Made by a program: the position numbers and the translations under genes. A stretch of DNA of 43,281 nt from positions 1 through 43,281 of the IMG/VR virus record IMGVR_UViG_3300028025_004089. One strand, 5' to 3'. Under the pieces are notes generated by a model. It worked only from the letters and a program-made list of their open reading frames with translations. It was not told the origin of the DNA and did not search any database. Below, one piece after another: positions 1 through 9,074 of the stretch. The stretch comes from a virus. Lineage: Duplodnaviria > Caudoviricetes. Position 1 is the first letter of the stretch. The number at the start of each line of letters is the position of its first letter.

Positions 1-43
1 CGTTCTCGGAGCGAACTGGGCCGTTGAATGTGGTATTTGCCAT
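1..43 (-). CDS. 5' fragment of a probable virion structural protein (MANTTFNGPVRSEN...), truncated by the window edge
   Basis: ATG at 43-41 with GAGGA SD at 55-51; frame open to position 1; same strand as and downstream of the major capsid gene; N-terminus resembles ones I recall from post-capsid genes of similar phages. Confidence 0.7.
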   Translation of the reverse strand, partial: MANTTFNGPVRSEN

Positions 44-127
44 GATTTTTTCCTCATGCGGTTAAGGTGTATCTGTCTGCATGACGTCGGCCCGGAGCCG
101 TCAGATACACCGGAAAAGTCCGGGAGT
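44..127 (-). ncRNA. Structured 5' leader RNA (10-bp stem with two 6-bp pseudoknot pairings, one overlapping the SD)
   Basis: Perfect 10-bp inverted repeat 66-75/102-111; CCCGGA (124-119) pairs with loop UCCGGG (96-91); loop UCAUGC (84-79) pairs with GCAUGA (59-54). Confidence 0.6.
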
Positions 128-133
128 AATCGA

Positions 134-161
134 AATATACCTGAAATTTTCCCAACGTCAA
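134..161 (-). promoter_or_regulatory. sigma70-like promoter for the structural gene at 43
   Basis: TTGACG (161-156), 16-nt spacer, TATATT (139-134) on the minus strand; predicted start near 127, at the 5' end of the structured leader. Confidence 0.55.
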
Positions 162-197
162 GCACCATTTTGTCACATTGTCAGAAAATAATACGAT

Positions 198-626
198 ATG
201 CGCTACAAAATCAACCGTACTGATCTAGGCTGTCTGAACACGCAGTTAACGCTAACGCAGCTTCAAAAACAGTGCTTACCCTACGACGACCCCACCCCTA
301 CGACATCAGGCTTTTGGTGGCTCGTTCACTCTGAAGAGGGTGTTCCTGTAGCGTTTGCTGGGCTTGTCCCCTCGCGGCGCTGGGGCGACTGCGGGTATCT
401 GTGCCGAGCAGGCGTACTACCCGCGCACCGCGGACAAGGCATACAAAAAAGGCTTATTCGAGTCCGCGTCCAGCAAGCCCGTGCCCTAAAGTGGAATTGG
501 TTGGTCACCGACACGTATGAGAACCCTGCATCGGCCAACAGCTTGATAGCTCAAGGTTTCAAAATGTTTGACCCAACTAAACCTTGGGGTGCCGATAAAA
601 CGCTTTACTGGAGGCTGAAGCTCTAA
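198..626 (+). CDS. GNAT-family acetyltransferase
   Basis: Acetyl-CoA-binding motif A (V-LPAHRGQGIQKRLI), followed by N-x-AS and GF motifs; no SD visible, possibly leaderless. Confidence 0.85.
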   Translation: MRYKINRTDLGCLNTQLTLTQLQKQCLPYDDPTPTTSGFWWLVHSEEGVPVAFAGLVPSRRWGDCGYLCRAGVLPAHRGQGIQKRLIRVRVQQARALKWNWLVTDTYENPASANSLIAQGFKMFDPTKPWGADKTLYWRLKL

Positions 627-1009
627 TGCCCTACAAAGACCCAGCGGTGCGTAACGCCAAGCAAAAAGCCTACTCCGCCGCACACTATCAAAAAACAAAA
701 GAAGAAACTAAGCGCCGCTCCAAGGAAAAGCGGTCGTCTCTGCGAAAAGAGTGGAAAGCCTTTAAGGCTACGTTGTATTGCACCCAGTGCGGGTTCAACC
801 ACTCAGCCGCGTTGGATTTTCACCACAAAGACCCCAGCACCAAAACCGACAGCGTTAACGCCCTAGTAAGCAACGGGCGGTATGCGTTGGCTATGAAAGA
901 GGTAGAGAAGTGTGTTGTCTTGTGCGCCAACTGCCACCGTATACACCACCACAACGAGCTTCATGCGGCCAAGAAGAAGAAAAAGAAAAAGGGGGCCGAG
1001 GCCCCCTAG
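626..1009 (+). CDS. HNH endonuclease with Zn-binding CxxC pairs
   Basis: CTQCG...LDFHHKDP...KCVVLCANCHRIHH; start overlaps the GNAT stop (TAATG). Confidence 0.85.
   Translation: MPYKDPAVRNAKQKAYSAAHYQKTKEETKRRSKEKRSSLRKEWKAFKATLYCTQCGFNHSAALDFHHKDPSTKTDSVNALVSNGRYALAMKEVEKCVVLCANCHRIHHHNELHAAKKKKKKKGAEAP
981..1006 (-). terminator. Intrinsic terminator for the minus-strand acidic ORF
   Basis: GGGGGC-CTCG-GCCCCC followed by TTTTTCTTTT on the minus strand; embedded in the 3' end of the HNH gene, which explains its poly-Lys tail. Confidence 0.75.
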
Positions 1010-1032
1010 CTGTATACACGCTGTATATACAT

Positions 1033-1290
1033 TTACTCGTCAGTTTTAGTGATGACGTACGTAGAGACAGTCAAGGGCTCGTCGTCTTCGTCAACTTCTT
1101 CGTCAACTTCTTCGTCTTCCGCTTCGTCTTCCGCTTCGTCGAACTCAACCACGGCTTCGTACTCAACCGCCCAACCATGCTCTTATTGAAACTCCACAAA
1201 CTTTTGGAAAATTTCAATCAGCTCAAAATCGTGAGTTTCAATAGACAACTTGTTGTTACCAAAGTAACCGAATTCCATTTCAAATTTCAT
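1033..1290 (-). pseudogene. Highly acidic 85-codon ORF interrupted by an in-frame TAA
   Basis: Translates MKFEMEFGYFGNNKLSIETHDFELIEIFQKFVEFQ*EHGWAVEYEAVVEFDEAEDEAEDEEVDEEVDEDDEPLTVSTYVITKTDE*; internal TAA at 1185-1183; AGGGG SD upstream and a terminator downstream; absent from the ORF track. Confidence 0.65.
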
Positions 1291-1356
1291 GGCACGCCCC
1301 TGTGTTTATGCAGCCACGTCGGCTGCAAAACGATCGTAATCTAGATTTATGACAAG

Positions 1357-1380
1357 AAAAAAGCCACCCGAAGGTGGCTT
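1357..1380 (-). terminator. Intrinsic terminator after the major capsid gene
   Basis: AAGCCACC-TTCG-GGTGGCTT then TTTT on the minus strand; cUUCGg tetraloop. Confidence 0.85.
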
Positions 1381-1408
1381 CCAAACTGGCCCTTGTGGGG
1401 CGGTTTGA

Positions 1409-2341
1409 TTAGGACGAACCGGAGCTGCCCCACATGCCCAATGGATCAGACCAGCCAAACGAGTAACGCTCGCGGGCTTTGTAACGGACGTTGCCGGTAT
1501 CAAAGTCGCCGTCCATCGAAGTGGACAGAGCGGTACGCTCGAAGTGCTTCATGCCGTTTGGAACGTCGGTGCAAAGGAACCAAGCGTTTGTGTCGGTCAA
1601 GAAGTTGTTGACGGTGTAGCCACCAGAGATGGTGCCCATCTGCTTCAACGCGTTGATGTCGTTGTCAGCAGTACCAACACGCAGTTCGGTGTCCAGCAAG
1701 CGCTTGGCAACGAACATCAGTGATGGAGGGATCACCAGCTTGACTGGTTTGGCAGCGATCAACAGACCGCGTTCATCAACCCAAGCAGCGATCTGGATGG
1801 TAGCGTTTTCCAACGAAGTCTCGTTCAAGTCAACACCGGTGGTGGGGCTGTTAAAGTTAACGCCGCCGCCGACCAGAGGGTGACCAACGCGAGTGCCGCT
1901 GGAGTTGTTACCGAACAAAGACACGCCGTCGCCGCCGAGAGCGGTGCCAGCAAAGCCAGTGTTCAACACCGAAGCAGCTTTAACTTGCTTGGTGTAAGCC
2001 ATACCGCGAGCCAAAGCCTTGGTGTAGCGGGCAGACAGACTGTCGTACAGGTTGTCTTCCACAGCTTCTTCCGTGATGGAGAAGCCCAGAGCGATGGTTT
2101 CGTGGGTGTAGCGTGCAGTGAAGGCTTCCTGCGCGTTGTCGTAAGCGATGGCGGAGCCTTCGTTCTTGACAGGTGCAGCGCCAAAACCGGACAGCTTGGT
2201 TTCTTCTTCAAACGAACGCTCAGATTTCTCTGTTTCGTACAGTTCTTTGTGCTGCTCGCCGTAGCGTGCATACTCCAAACCAAACAAGGCGTTCAAACCG
2301 GGGAGCAGCTCTTTGAGCAGTTGTGCGCGTGAAATAGCCAT
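1409..2341 (-). CDS. Major capsid protein
   Basis: 310 aa starting MAISRAQLLKELLPGLNALFG and ending KARERYSFGWSDP, typical of this capsid family; strong TAAGGAG SD, terminator behind it, last gene of the head operon. Confidence 0.9.
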   Translation of the reverse strand: MAISRAQLLKELLPGLNALFGLEYARYGEQHKELYETEKSERSFEEETKLSGFGAAPVKNEGSAIAYDNAQEAFTARYTHETIALGFSITEEAVEDNLYDSLSARYTKALARGMAYTKQVKAASVLNTGFAGTALGGDGVSLFGNNSSGTRVGHPLVGGGVNFNSPTTGVDLNETSLENATIQIAAWVDERGLLIAAKPVKLVIPPSLMFVAKRLLDTELRVGTADNDINALKQMGTISGGYTVNNFLTDTNAWFLCTDVPNGMKHFERTALSTSMDGDFDTGNVRYKARERYSFGWSDPLGMWGSSGSS

Positions 2342-2352
2342 GGTTTAGCTCC

Positions 2353-2961
2353 TTAGATGCCGACGGCGTTAGAGAAGGCGTGTGCGCCGGGGTTGAACTT
2401 AACCAACACGTCTGGGAAGGCATCGGACACTGGGGAAGCGAAACCGATGATCTTGAACGCGGCGGCTGTAGTTACAACAGTCGATTCCAAAGCGCTGGTC
2501 GAGTTACCTGTACGGGTAGAACCTGTAGAGGTGGACTGTGCAGCAGCAAAGAACGTGTTGGCTCCGAGCGCGGCTTGGGTGATGGTGCCATCAAGCTGAG
2601 CTTGGAATGTCACGCTGTCGTCAGTCACCACGTACGCTGTGATAGGACCACCGTTGGCAGTGCCAGAGGGGTAGTACTGAGCGTAGATTTGCTGACCTTG
2701 TGCGTTGACGTAAGAGCAACCGACAAACACGCCGATAGCACCCAGACTAGAACCGCCAAGGTTGTTGGTAGTCAGGTCAGCGCCAGTAGCGGTTGACAGA
2801 GCGATGTAACCGTCGGCACCGATGATGACGACTTGCCCGTAAAACAGGTTGGTCGCTTCGCCAGCGGGGTCGATCAGAAACTGCGAAGTAGCGCCAGCAT
2901 ATGCCATGCCGTCGATACGGTTTACGGGAATCAGCCCGTAGGGGGTAGCTGTAGTTGCCAT
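2353..2961 (-). CDS. Probable capsid decoration/minor structural protein
   Basis: 202 aa, Gly/Ala/Thr-rich, N-terminal PYGLxPV motif, directly upstream of the capsid gene, CAAGGAG SD. Confidence 0.65.
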   Translation of the reverse strand: MATTATPYGLIPVNRIDGMAYAGATSQFLIDPAGEATNLFYGQVVIIGADGYIALSTATGADLTTNNLGGSSLGAIGVFVGCSYVNAQGQQIYAQYYPSGTANGGPITAYVVTDDSVTFQAQLDGTITQAALGANTFFAAAQSTSTGSTRTGNSTSALESTVVTTAAAFKIIGFASPVSDAFPDVLVKFNPGAHAFSNAVGI

Positions 2962-2975
2962 TTAAGGACTCCTTG

Positions 2976-3434
2976 TTACTTTGAACCAGAACCAAAACCA
3001 CCACCGCGACTGGTCGTTGACTTGCGGTCAGCGAAAAGCGGCATGCGGGGGTCATTGTTTCGCATGAAACTGTTATCAACAGATTCCATCTGAGACTGCG
3101 CTTGTTTGGCGTAATACTCGTCCCGGGCTTGGGCGCGTTCACGAGGCATCTTGCAGAGCATGAGGCCACCGATCTCGACGTTGCCAGTCTTCGCATTACC
3201 TTCCAGCATCAGTTCCGGATGGTCTACTGCTTTGACCGGTTCCCAACCTTCGCGCATCTTGGTAGACACGTTCGTGTTTTGTGCTTCGCCAAGTACGTGT
3301 GTCGCAATCCAGCGATACACCATACCGGGTTCAGGGGTAGGATCAGGCAGTGAACTCGGGGGTGTATACACGTACCGAGTCGTTTTATCGCGTGCCTCAA
3401 GAGCACGAGGGTTCCGGTTAATTGTTTCAGCCAT
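2976..3434 (-). CDS. Conserved head-module hypothetical protein
   Basis: 152 aa with YRWI...REGWEPV...GGLMLCK motifs; GGAG SD; coupled to the upstream gene. Confidence 0.7.
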   Translation of the reverse strand: MAETINRNPRALEARDKTTRYVYTPPSSLPDPTPEPGMVYRWIATHVLGEAQNTNVSTKMREGWEPVKAVDHPELMLEGNAKTGNVEIGGLMLCKMPRERAQARDEYYAKQAQSQMESVDNSFMRNNDPRMPLFADRKSTTSRGGGFGSGSK

Positions 3435-4380
3435 TCGATTTCTCCAGTTTTGCTACTTCAGCAGCGTATTGCTGCGGGGTTAATCCATATTTCTTTGCCA
3501 ACGCAACCTGCGTGGGGGTCAACTGGACTTTGCGTGCTCCAGTCGAACGAGTCGCCGGAGCCACAACCGATGTAGGTCGCTTGGAGCTATCGCCAGATTT
3601 TGGCCGGTCTTCATTTCCGAACATCTCCGGGAATGTTGACTTGATGCGAGCATCAATGCGCTCGAAATATTCTTCAGAGCGGGGATCAACCCCGGAGTTG
3701 ACTAGTTTTTGGTGCAGCCCTAGTGCGAAGCTGGTGACTTCCTCGTACCCCGAAGAACCGAACCACTGGTTTTTTGCCTGCCAGCGAACAGTCTTATCGT
3801 CGAGTTCTTGACGTGGTACTTGCGTTTGTTGAGTTTGTACCTCAGTTTCTTCCATCTGTAAAGGGGCGGGACGGAAATTTTTTGCTGACTGCACCTTCAT
3901 CTTGGCATCCATCAGGGCATCTTGTGCCGCAATGACGCCATCAGTGTCAAACGCTTCAGTAGCTTCCTTGAGCTGGCGCTTGGCTTTCTCAACCTCGGTC
4001 TCGGCCAACGACAGCTGCGAAGCAGCGTACTGCTCGGTACCCGTGTTCACGTATTGCTTGAGTCGGTTGTTCTCGGCCACCATGTGCTGGGCAAGGCGTT
4101 CTAGCTCCTGCTTCTCGCGCAGAAGGGTCTCTTTGGCCCGGCGCTCGTCGTGACGGGCGTGGGTCAACTCCTTGATGCGCTTTTTTACGCCATCGGAGTA
4201 GCTCTCGATCTCGTCGTCCGTGGGATCAGCCACTTCGCGGTCCAGAGGCTTGCGGCCCCGGTCACGCTCAGGCGTGTCATCAACGATCTCAATTTCGACA
4301 TCGTCGTCGGTGGAGACGTCTACTTGGACTTGGCTTTTAGCCTCGTCTTCAAGTTCGTCTGGAAATTTGTACTCACTCAT
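3427..4380 (-). CDS. Probable capsid scaffolding protein
   Basis: Acidic N-terminus, long coiled coil, C-terminal helix pair (LTPTQVALAKKYGLTPQQYA); lies between portal and capsid genes. Confidence 0.65.
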   Translation of the reverse strand: MSEYKFPDELEDEAKSQVQVDVSTDDDVEIEIVDDTPERDRGRKPLDREVADPTDDEIESYSDGVKKRIKELTHARHDERRAKETLLREKQELERLAQHMVAENNRLKQYVNTGTEQYAASQLSLAETEVEKAKRQLKEATEAFDTDGVIAAQDALMDAKMKVQSAKNFRPAPLQMEETEVQTQQTQVPRQELDDKTVRWQAKNQWFGSSGYEEVTSFALGLHQKLVNSGVDPRSEEYFERIDARIKSTFPEMFGNEDRPKSGDSSKRPTSVVAPATRSTGARKVQLTPTQVALAKKYGLTPQQYAAEVAKLEKSNG

Positions 4381-4389
4381 TTCTGCTCC

Positions 4390-4848
4390 TTATGCGCGGG
4401 TATAGCCGCGTGGGTCTTGCACAACACATTCAATTTGGTCGTCGTTCAGAACCCTGAACTCCTTGCCAAACACCTTGAAACGCGTACCTGTATAGGTGCG
4501 CACGAGCACAAAGTCACCTTCCTTGCACCATGCGCCCGAGGGGAACTTGGCGGTGTCTTTGTAAGCGTCTGGTCCGACCCGCATGACGAACAGCACCGTG
4601 GTGGCATGTTCTTCCGCACGCATGGTCGCGGCATCTCGAATCAAATCGAGAGTCGTACCGGCGATCTTTTCATCGACCTCTGGCACGATGCACAGCAGCT
4701 TGTACCCCGTAGGGATAGGCAGTGCTGAGGCTTTAGTTTCACTGTCCGCTTCGGCCTCGGGGGCTTCAATCGGCTGGATGTGTTTGGGCAGTATGATGCC
4801 CGGAGGCAGTGCAAAAGCACCGGGGGGAGGGAGCTCAAAATCACTCAT
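4390..4848 (-). CDS. groES: GroES/Cpn10-like co-chaperonin
   Basis: PTGYKLL...V-VGPDAY...WCKEGDFVL...YTGTRFK...EFRVLNDDQIECVV matches the GroES pattern. Confidence 0.85.
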   Translation of the reverse strand: MSDFELPPPGAFALPPGIILPKHIQPIEAPEAEADSETKASALPIPTGYKLLCIVPEVDEKIAGTTLDLIRDAATMRAEEHATTVLFVMRVGPDAYKDTAKFPSGAWCKEGDFVLVRTYTGTRFKVFGKEFRVLNDDQIECVVQDPRGYTRA

Positions 4849-5035
4849 CTGATTGCTCTACTTTCTCTACAAGGTCGAGGAGGTGACGCTCTGCGGTGGC
4901 TAGACCTTGAATCACGCCACAGAGTTTTTGGTAGTCGTCGAAAGAGCGACACGCTCCACCCGCCAAGTCATCAGCGTAGTTGTTCATGTCGGTGCGTAAT
5001 TTTTCGCGCAATACGCGTGCGAATTCGGAGATCAT
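4841..5035 (-). CDS. Small conserved head-module protein
   Basis: 64 aa with Y-x-x-x-CG-x-I-x-GL motif; overlaps both neighbours (translational coupling). Confidence 0.7.
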   Translation of the reverse strand: MISEFARVLREKLRTDMNNYADDLAGGACRSFDDYQKLCGVIQGLATAERHLLDLVEKVEQSDE

Positions 5036-7533
5036 TTGTTACCGGGACCTTTCCTTTGGTTTTGGGCAGCAGACTGTTGTCTGCTTCTTGCGATGTCAAC
5101 GCCCATACGAGCGCCGTCACGTTCTTGGTCAGCCTCCAGCTTGTCGGCCTTGTAGGCCGCGTCAATCTGCATCTGCTTTTCCTTGAGCTCCAGCTCGTCG
5201 GCTTTGGTTGCAGCGTCAACTTGGAGCTTCTTCTCGTTGAGTGCCAGCTCTTGTGCGGCACGTTGCTGCTCAGCCTGCATCTTCTGCTGTTTAAGCTGCA
5301 GCTCGCCCTCTTTGATCTTGAGCTCCTGCTGTTGCATTTGTACAACAGGGTCTTGCTGTTGTTGCTGCGCCTGCTGCTGGGCTGCTTGCGCTTGGTTTTG
5401 CTGCAGCACCTGCTGCGCGGCTGTGGCCATCATCCCAGACAGGGCGATCTCGATCTGCGGTGGCAACTCTTCGCCTTCGGGTGGCAGAGGCATACCCAAC
5501 TGCTGTTCGATCTTCTGACGGTAGCCAAAGCCAACGTGCTCGGCAATGTGCGCCTGCATCGCTGCCATGATCTGTGGAGCGCGGGGGTTTTGGCCAATCA
5601 ACTGCGCAATGATTGGGTCCTGCATGGCCGACATGTGTACTTGGATGTGCGCCTGATGGTCTTGGTACTGAAACGCTTTTAAGGGTTTACCCTTGAGCAC
5701 ATTCATGTTCTCGGACACAGGGTCGGTCGGCTTTTGATCCTCGTCCATTGGCACGAGCTTGTCCGCGTTCTTGATGCCCAGCACATCCAACATGCCCCGG
5801 TGCAGCTTAGGCAGGTCATAAATGTCGGGGGCAGACTGCGCCAGCTGGATCACCGCTTGGTACTGCACCACACGCTGCGACAGTGTGGCCGCGTTGGGGT
5901 CACTCACGGGCATGATGTCCACGTGACGGTAGTCGCCCTTCTTGGCCCGTGGGCCTTCTTCGCCGTCTGGCTCGTAGGTGTACTCGTCGTCGGTGTAGTC
6001 GCGGATGATCGCGGCCAGCAGCTGGAGTTCTTGCTTGAGTGTGAAGTGCACACGCGCCTGAACGGCCGTCATCACTTTGAGCTGGCGCTCCAGCAGCGCA
6101 AGGGTCGAGCCCACCGGTGCGTTGGCACCCATGTCGCTGATCTTCATGTCCGCTGTTGCGGCAAACCGGCGACCCTCTTCCACCACGGTGTTGAGCAGGT
6201 TGTACAGGGTCTGGCTTGGGTCTTTGTAAGGCAGCGGCAAAATGTTGTCGCGGATAGCCCCAGAGCCCACGTCCACATCGCGCCACTCACCGGGAGCGAT
6301 CGGGGTGTCGTCGCCCTTGATCCGCAGACCACGGGATTTCAAGCCACCGGGCAGGTTGCTCAGCGTGCCTGCGTCGATCAACTGGCGCATGAGGGACGTT
6401 GCGGAATTGGCAAAGCCACCAATCAGGTGGAACAGACCGAAGCCATACGCACCGAAGCCGGGGATGTACTGGTAGTGCACGAAGTGCTGACGCTTCAAAT
6501 GCAGCTCGTCGTCCTCGTTCCAGTTGCGGCGCAGTGCCAGCACGGTGTTGTTGCCCCGGATGTACGTCAGCACGTACGGCAACGCGATGCCTGTCGGCTC
6601 GCCGTCCTCGCCCGTCTCTGACAGCGGGTCGCTCTTAACAACTAAGTCCACATGGGACTCGTACAGGGTGTAGCGCTCGTCGTTCAGATCGGCAAACCCG
6701 GTCTCTTTGTCCTTGGCTTTGTTGATCTCTTCAATGTGTTTGTCGGGCGAACCGATGTCCACGTCCCGGTAAAAGCCTGCCTGCTGGAGCTTTTTGATCT
6801 CGTTCTCGGTCTTGCGCATGACGTGCGTGACGCGATAGCAGCTCTGGATGTCCGAGGTGCCGTAGGGCAGCAAGATGTCTTCGGCAGGAATAAACACCGA
6901 CGTTTGACGGCCGATGTTGGGGTCAAAGTAGACCTTTTTGAACGCCGAACCGGTGGCCGGGAGGCTCCACAACATGCGCTCGTGCTCTGGACGGAACTCC
7001 TGCATGACCTCTGTCAGCTGGAAATTCATGTCTTCCTGCACTCGGGCGGCGGCTTCTTTCTTCTCGGGGGTCTCTTTACCCACGATTTTTGTGCGCACTG
7101 GGCCCATGGCCGGGAAGGTTTCAGTGATGGTCTCGGACTGGAAGCGCACCACGGCTTCTGTAATCATCGGGTGGAACACACCGGACGCGCCATCCCAAGG
7201 CTCGGTGCGCTCTTCAATCTGCAGGCCCAGCAGTTTTAAGCCCATAACGTAGGCTTTCTCCCACTCTTTGCGGGAGTTGCGGTCGTTGTCCACGTCACTG
7301 TCAAGGTCGCTGACCATTGAAGACAGCTCACTATCGGGTATGTACTCGGCCAAGTTAGCGTCAAAGTCCTCCACGCTGGGCTCGCCCGGCTCAATGTCGA
7401 TCTCCATGTCCCCGGCGCGGATGCTCACGGCTTCTGGGTCTACGATCTCAATCTCGATCGGTTCTTCCATCTCGCCTGCGGCGTCGATGCCCATGGGTTG
7501 CTGGAAAAGGGCTTTGTCAATGTTCGTCGCCAT
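5032..7533 (-). CDS. Portal protein
   Basis: 833 aa immediately after terL; PWDGASGVFHP, GSAFKKVYFD and GFGAYGFGL motifs; long Gln-rich C-terminal coiled coil as in P22-like portals. Confidence 0.9.
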   Translation of the reverse strand: MATNIDKALFQQPMGIDAAGEMEEPIEIEIVDPEAVSIRAGDMEIDIEPGEPSVEDFDANLAEYIPDSELSSMVSDLDSDVDNDRNSRKEWEKAYVMGLKLLGLQIEERTEPWDGASGVFHPMITEAVVRFQSETITETFPAMGPVRTKIVGKETPEKKEAAARVQEDMNFQLTEVMQEFRPEHERMLWSLPATGSAFKKVYFDPNIGRQTSVFIPAEDILLPYGTSDIQSCYRVTHVMRKTENEIKKLQQAGFYRDVDIGSPDKHIEEINKAKDKETGFADLNDERYTLYESHVDLVVKSDPLSETGEDGEPTGIALPYVLTYIRGNNTVLALRRNWNEDDELHLKRQHFVHYQYIPGFGAYGFGLFHLIGGFANSATSLMRQLIDAGTLSNLPGGLKSRGLRIKGDDTPIAPGEWRDVDVGSGAIRDNILPLPYKDPSQTLYNLLNTVVEEGRRFAATADMKISDMGANAPVGSTLALLERQLKVMTAVQARVHFTLKQELQLLAAIIRDYTDDEYTYEPDGEEGPRAKKGDYRHVDIMPVSDPNAATLSQRVVQYQAVIQLAQSAPDIYDLPKLHRGMLDVLGIKNADKLVPMDEDQKPTDPVSENMNVLKGKPLKAFQYQDHQAHIQVHMSAMQDPIIAQLIGQNPRAPQIMAAMQAHIAEHVGFGYRQKIEQQLGMPLPPEGEELPPQIEIALSGMMATAAQQVLQQNQAQAAQQQAQQQQQDPVVQMQQQELKIKEGELQLKQQKMQAEQQRAAQELALNEKKLQVDAATKADELELKEKQMQIDAAYKADKLEADQERDGARMGVDIARSRQQSAAQNQRKGPGNK

Positions 7534-7541
7534 ATATGTTC

Positions 7542-9074
7542 CTAGTAGTAGGCAGCTCTGCGCCGCCGAAATGTCTTGTCTTCTTGCTCATCCGAGTCAA
7601 GGGGTATAAACCCACCCTTTCGAAAGCGTAACAGCGCTTGCGAGGTGGTGTCAACGTAGTCGTCGTTCTCTCCGTTGGGGAAAGATGCAACTTCCTCGAT
7701 CACCTCGCGGGCCCAGCGCGTGTCTGGGGCCCAGACCGTACCCGACGCAAAAAGGTCAGACACAGCGTTAAGCCGCACGATTTTATCGTTACCCCGGCTG
7801 GGGCTGAACTCCTCCACAGGTATCCCTGTGGCCCGCAGCTCTTGGATCAGTGGTGCACCGGCGGCCTTCTTCTCCACAATGAACGCATCTGGGGACCACT
7901 CCTTGTAGTGTTTGAGCGCTATGGCCTTAAGCTCGGGGAACGCCATCCGGTCTTTGAACGCATCGAGCAGGATCACCTGCGCCTTGTCGCCCTCTTCCTC
8001 GTTGTAGAACACCCCCCACGTCGTGCATGCGGAATAGTCGGCCGTGTTCTTGGTCTCAAACGCCGTGTCCCAGCTCTGGATGATGTAGTCGCAGCGCGGT
8101 GGCTCATCCCCAAGCCATATACGCCAAGACTTGCGTGAGATGATGGCCGCACTGTTGCTGGTGGGCTGCTGCATGTACTGTGCGTTCCAGTACTGTGGGT
8201 CAATGCTGGCTTTCGTCGCTTTCAGTGTGGCCAGTGGCCACTGGTCTGGCCAAAGCGACTTCTCGTTCTCTGTGCCCTCGTTCAGTATGGCCGGAAGCTC
8301 TACGATCTCCCACGGTTCAGCGTCGGGGTTCTTCGCTTGGTAGTCAATCAGGCGTCCGGTCAGGTCCAACTTGCCCCAGCGCGTCATCACGATGATGATC
8401 GCACCGCCCGGCATCAGCCGCTGGAGCGGTCCTGTTTGGAACCAAGACCATGCAGTGTCGAAAGCCAGCCGTGAGTTGGCCTTAACGTCCTGCTCCGAGT
8501 GAGGATCATCAATAACGAACAGATCAGCACCACGGCCAGCAAGAGCGCCGCCGACACCAGCAGCATAGTACTGACCGCCAGCGCTTGTAGACCATTTACC
8601 AGCAGCCTTTTGGTCGTCTGCCACCAGCGTTTGGGGAAAAAGTCCATGGTAGTCGTCATCTGCTAGTAAGTTTCGTACCCGCCGACCAAAATCTTCGGAC
8701 AAACCGGCCGTGTGCGTGCCCATGATGATCTTCTTCTCAGGGAAATTACCCAAAAAGAAGGCCGGAAACAGGTAAGAGCTGAACTCAGACTTGCCCATAC
8801 GCGGCGCAATGTTGATGATGACCCGCTTTTTGGTTCCGGCAATCACTTCCGTGAAGATTTTGGCCAGCTTTCTGTGATGCGGCCCGACTTTGAAACCCGG
8901 ATAGACTGACTTAGCAAACGCAATCATGTCGGTGCGTGCCAAGTTTTTTGTCTTGTGCTCCTGCGCTTTGTCCAAAAGCTCCAACGCCTCCAACTTTTCC
9001 GTGGAGGACATCTTGCCAAGGTTCTTAAACAGAACCGCAGCCTGCTCAGGCGTCAGTGGCGGGTTCGTCGTCAT
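7542..9074 (-). CDS. terL: Terminase large subunit
   Basis: Walker A APRMGKS, Walker B LFVIDDP, MTRW motif, nuclease residues SWDTAF and DDYVD. Confidence 0.95.
   Translation of the reverse strand: MTTNPPLTPEQAAVLFKNLGKMSSTEKLEALELLDKAQEHKTKNLARTDMIAFAKSVYPGFKVGPHHRKLAKIFTEVIAGTKKRVIINIAPRMGKSEFSSYLFPAFFLGNFPEKKIIMGTHTAGLSEDFGRRVRNLLADDDYHGLFPQTLVADDQKAAGKWSTSAGGQYYAAGVGGALAGRGADLFVIDDPHSEQDVKANSRLAFDTAWSWFQTGPLQRLMPGGAIIIVMTRWGKLDLTGRLIDYQAKNPDAEPWEIVELPAILNEGTENEKSLWPDQWPLATLKATKASIDPQYWNAQYMQQPTSNSAAIISRKSWRIWLGDEPPRCDYIIQSWDTAFETKNTADYSACTTWGVFYNEEEGDKAQVILLDAFKDRMAFPELKAIALKHYKEWSPDAFIVEKKAAGAPLIQELRATGIPVEEFSPSRGNDKIVRLNAVSDLFASGTVWAPDTRWAREVIEEVASFPNGENDDYVDTTSQALLRFRKGGFIPLDSDEQEDKTFRRRRAAYY

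Noticed and set aside
910-1344. 144-aa plus-strand ORF with FFVN/FVFR repeats
   Set aside because: It is the antisense shadow of the acidic minus-strand ORF, which has the SD and terminator
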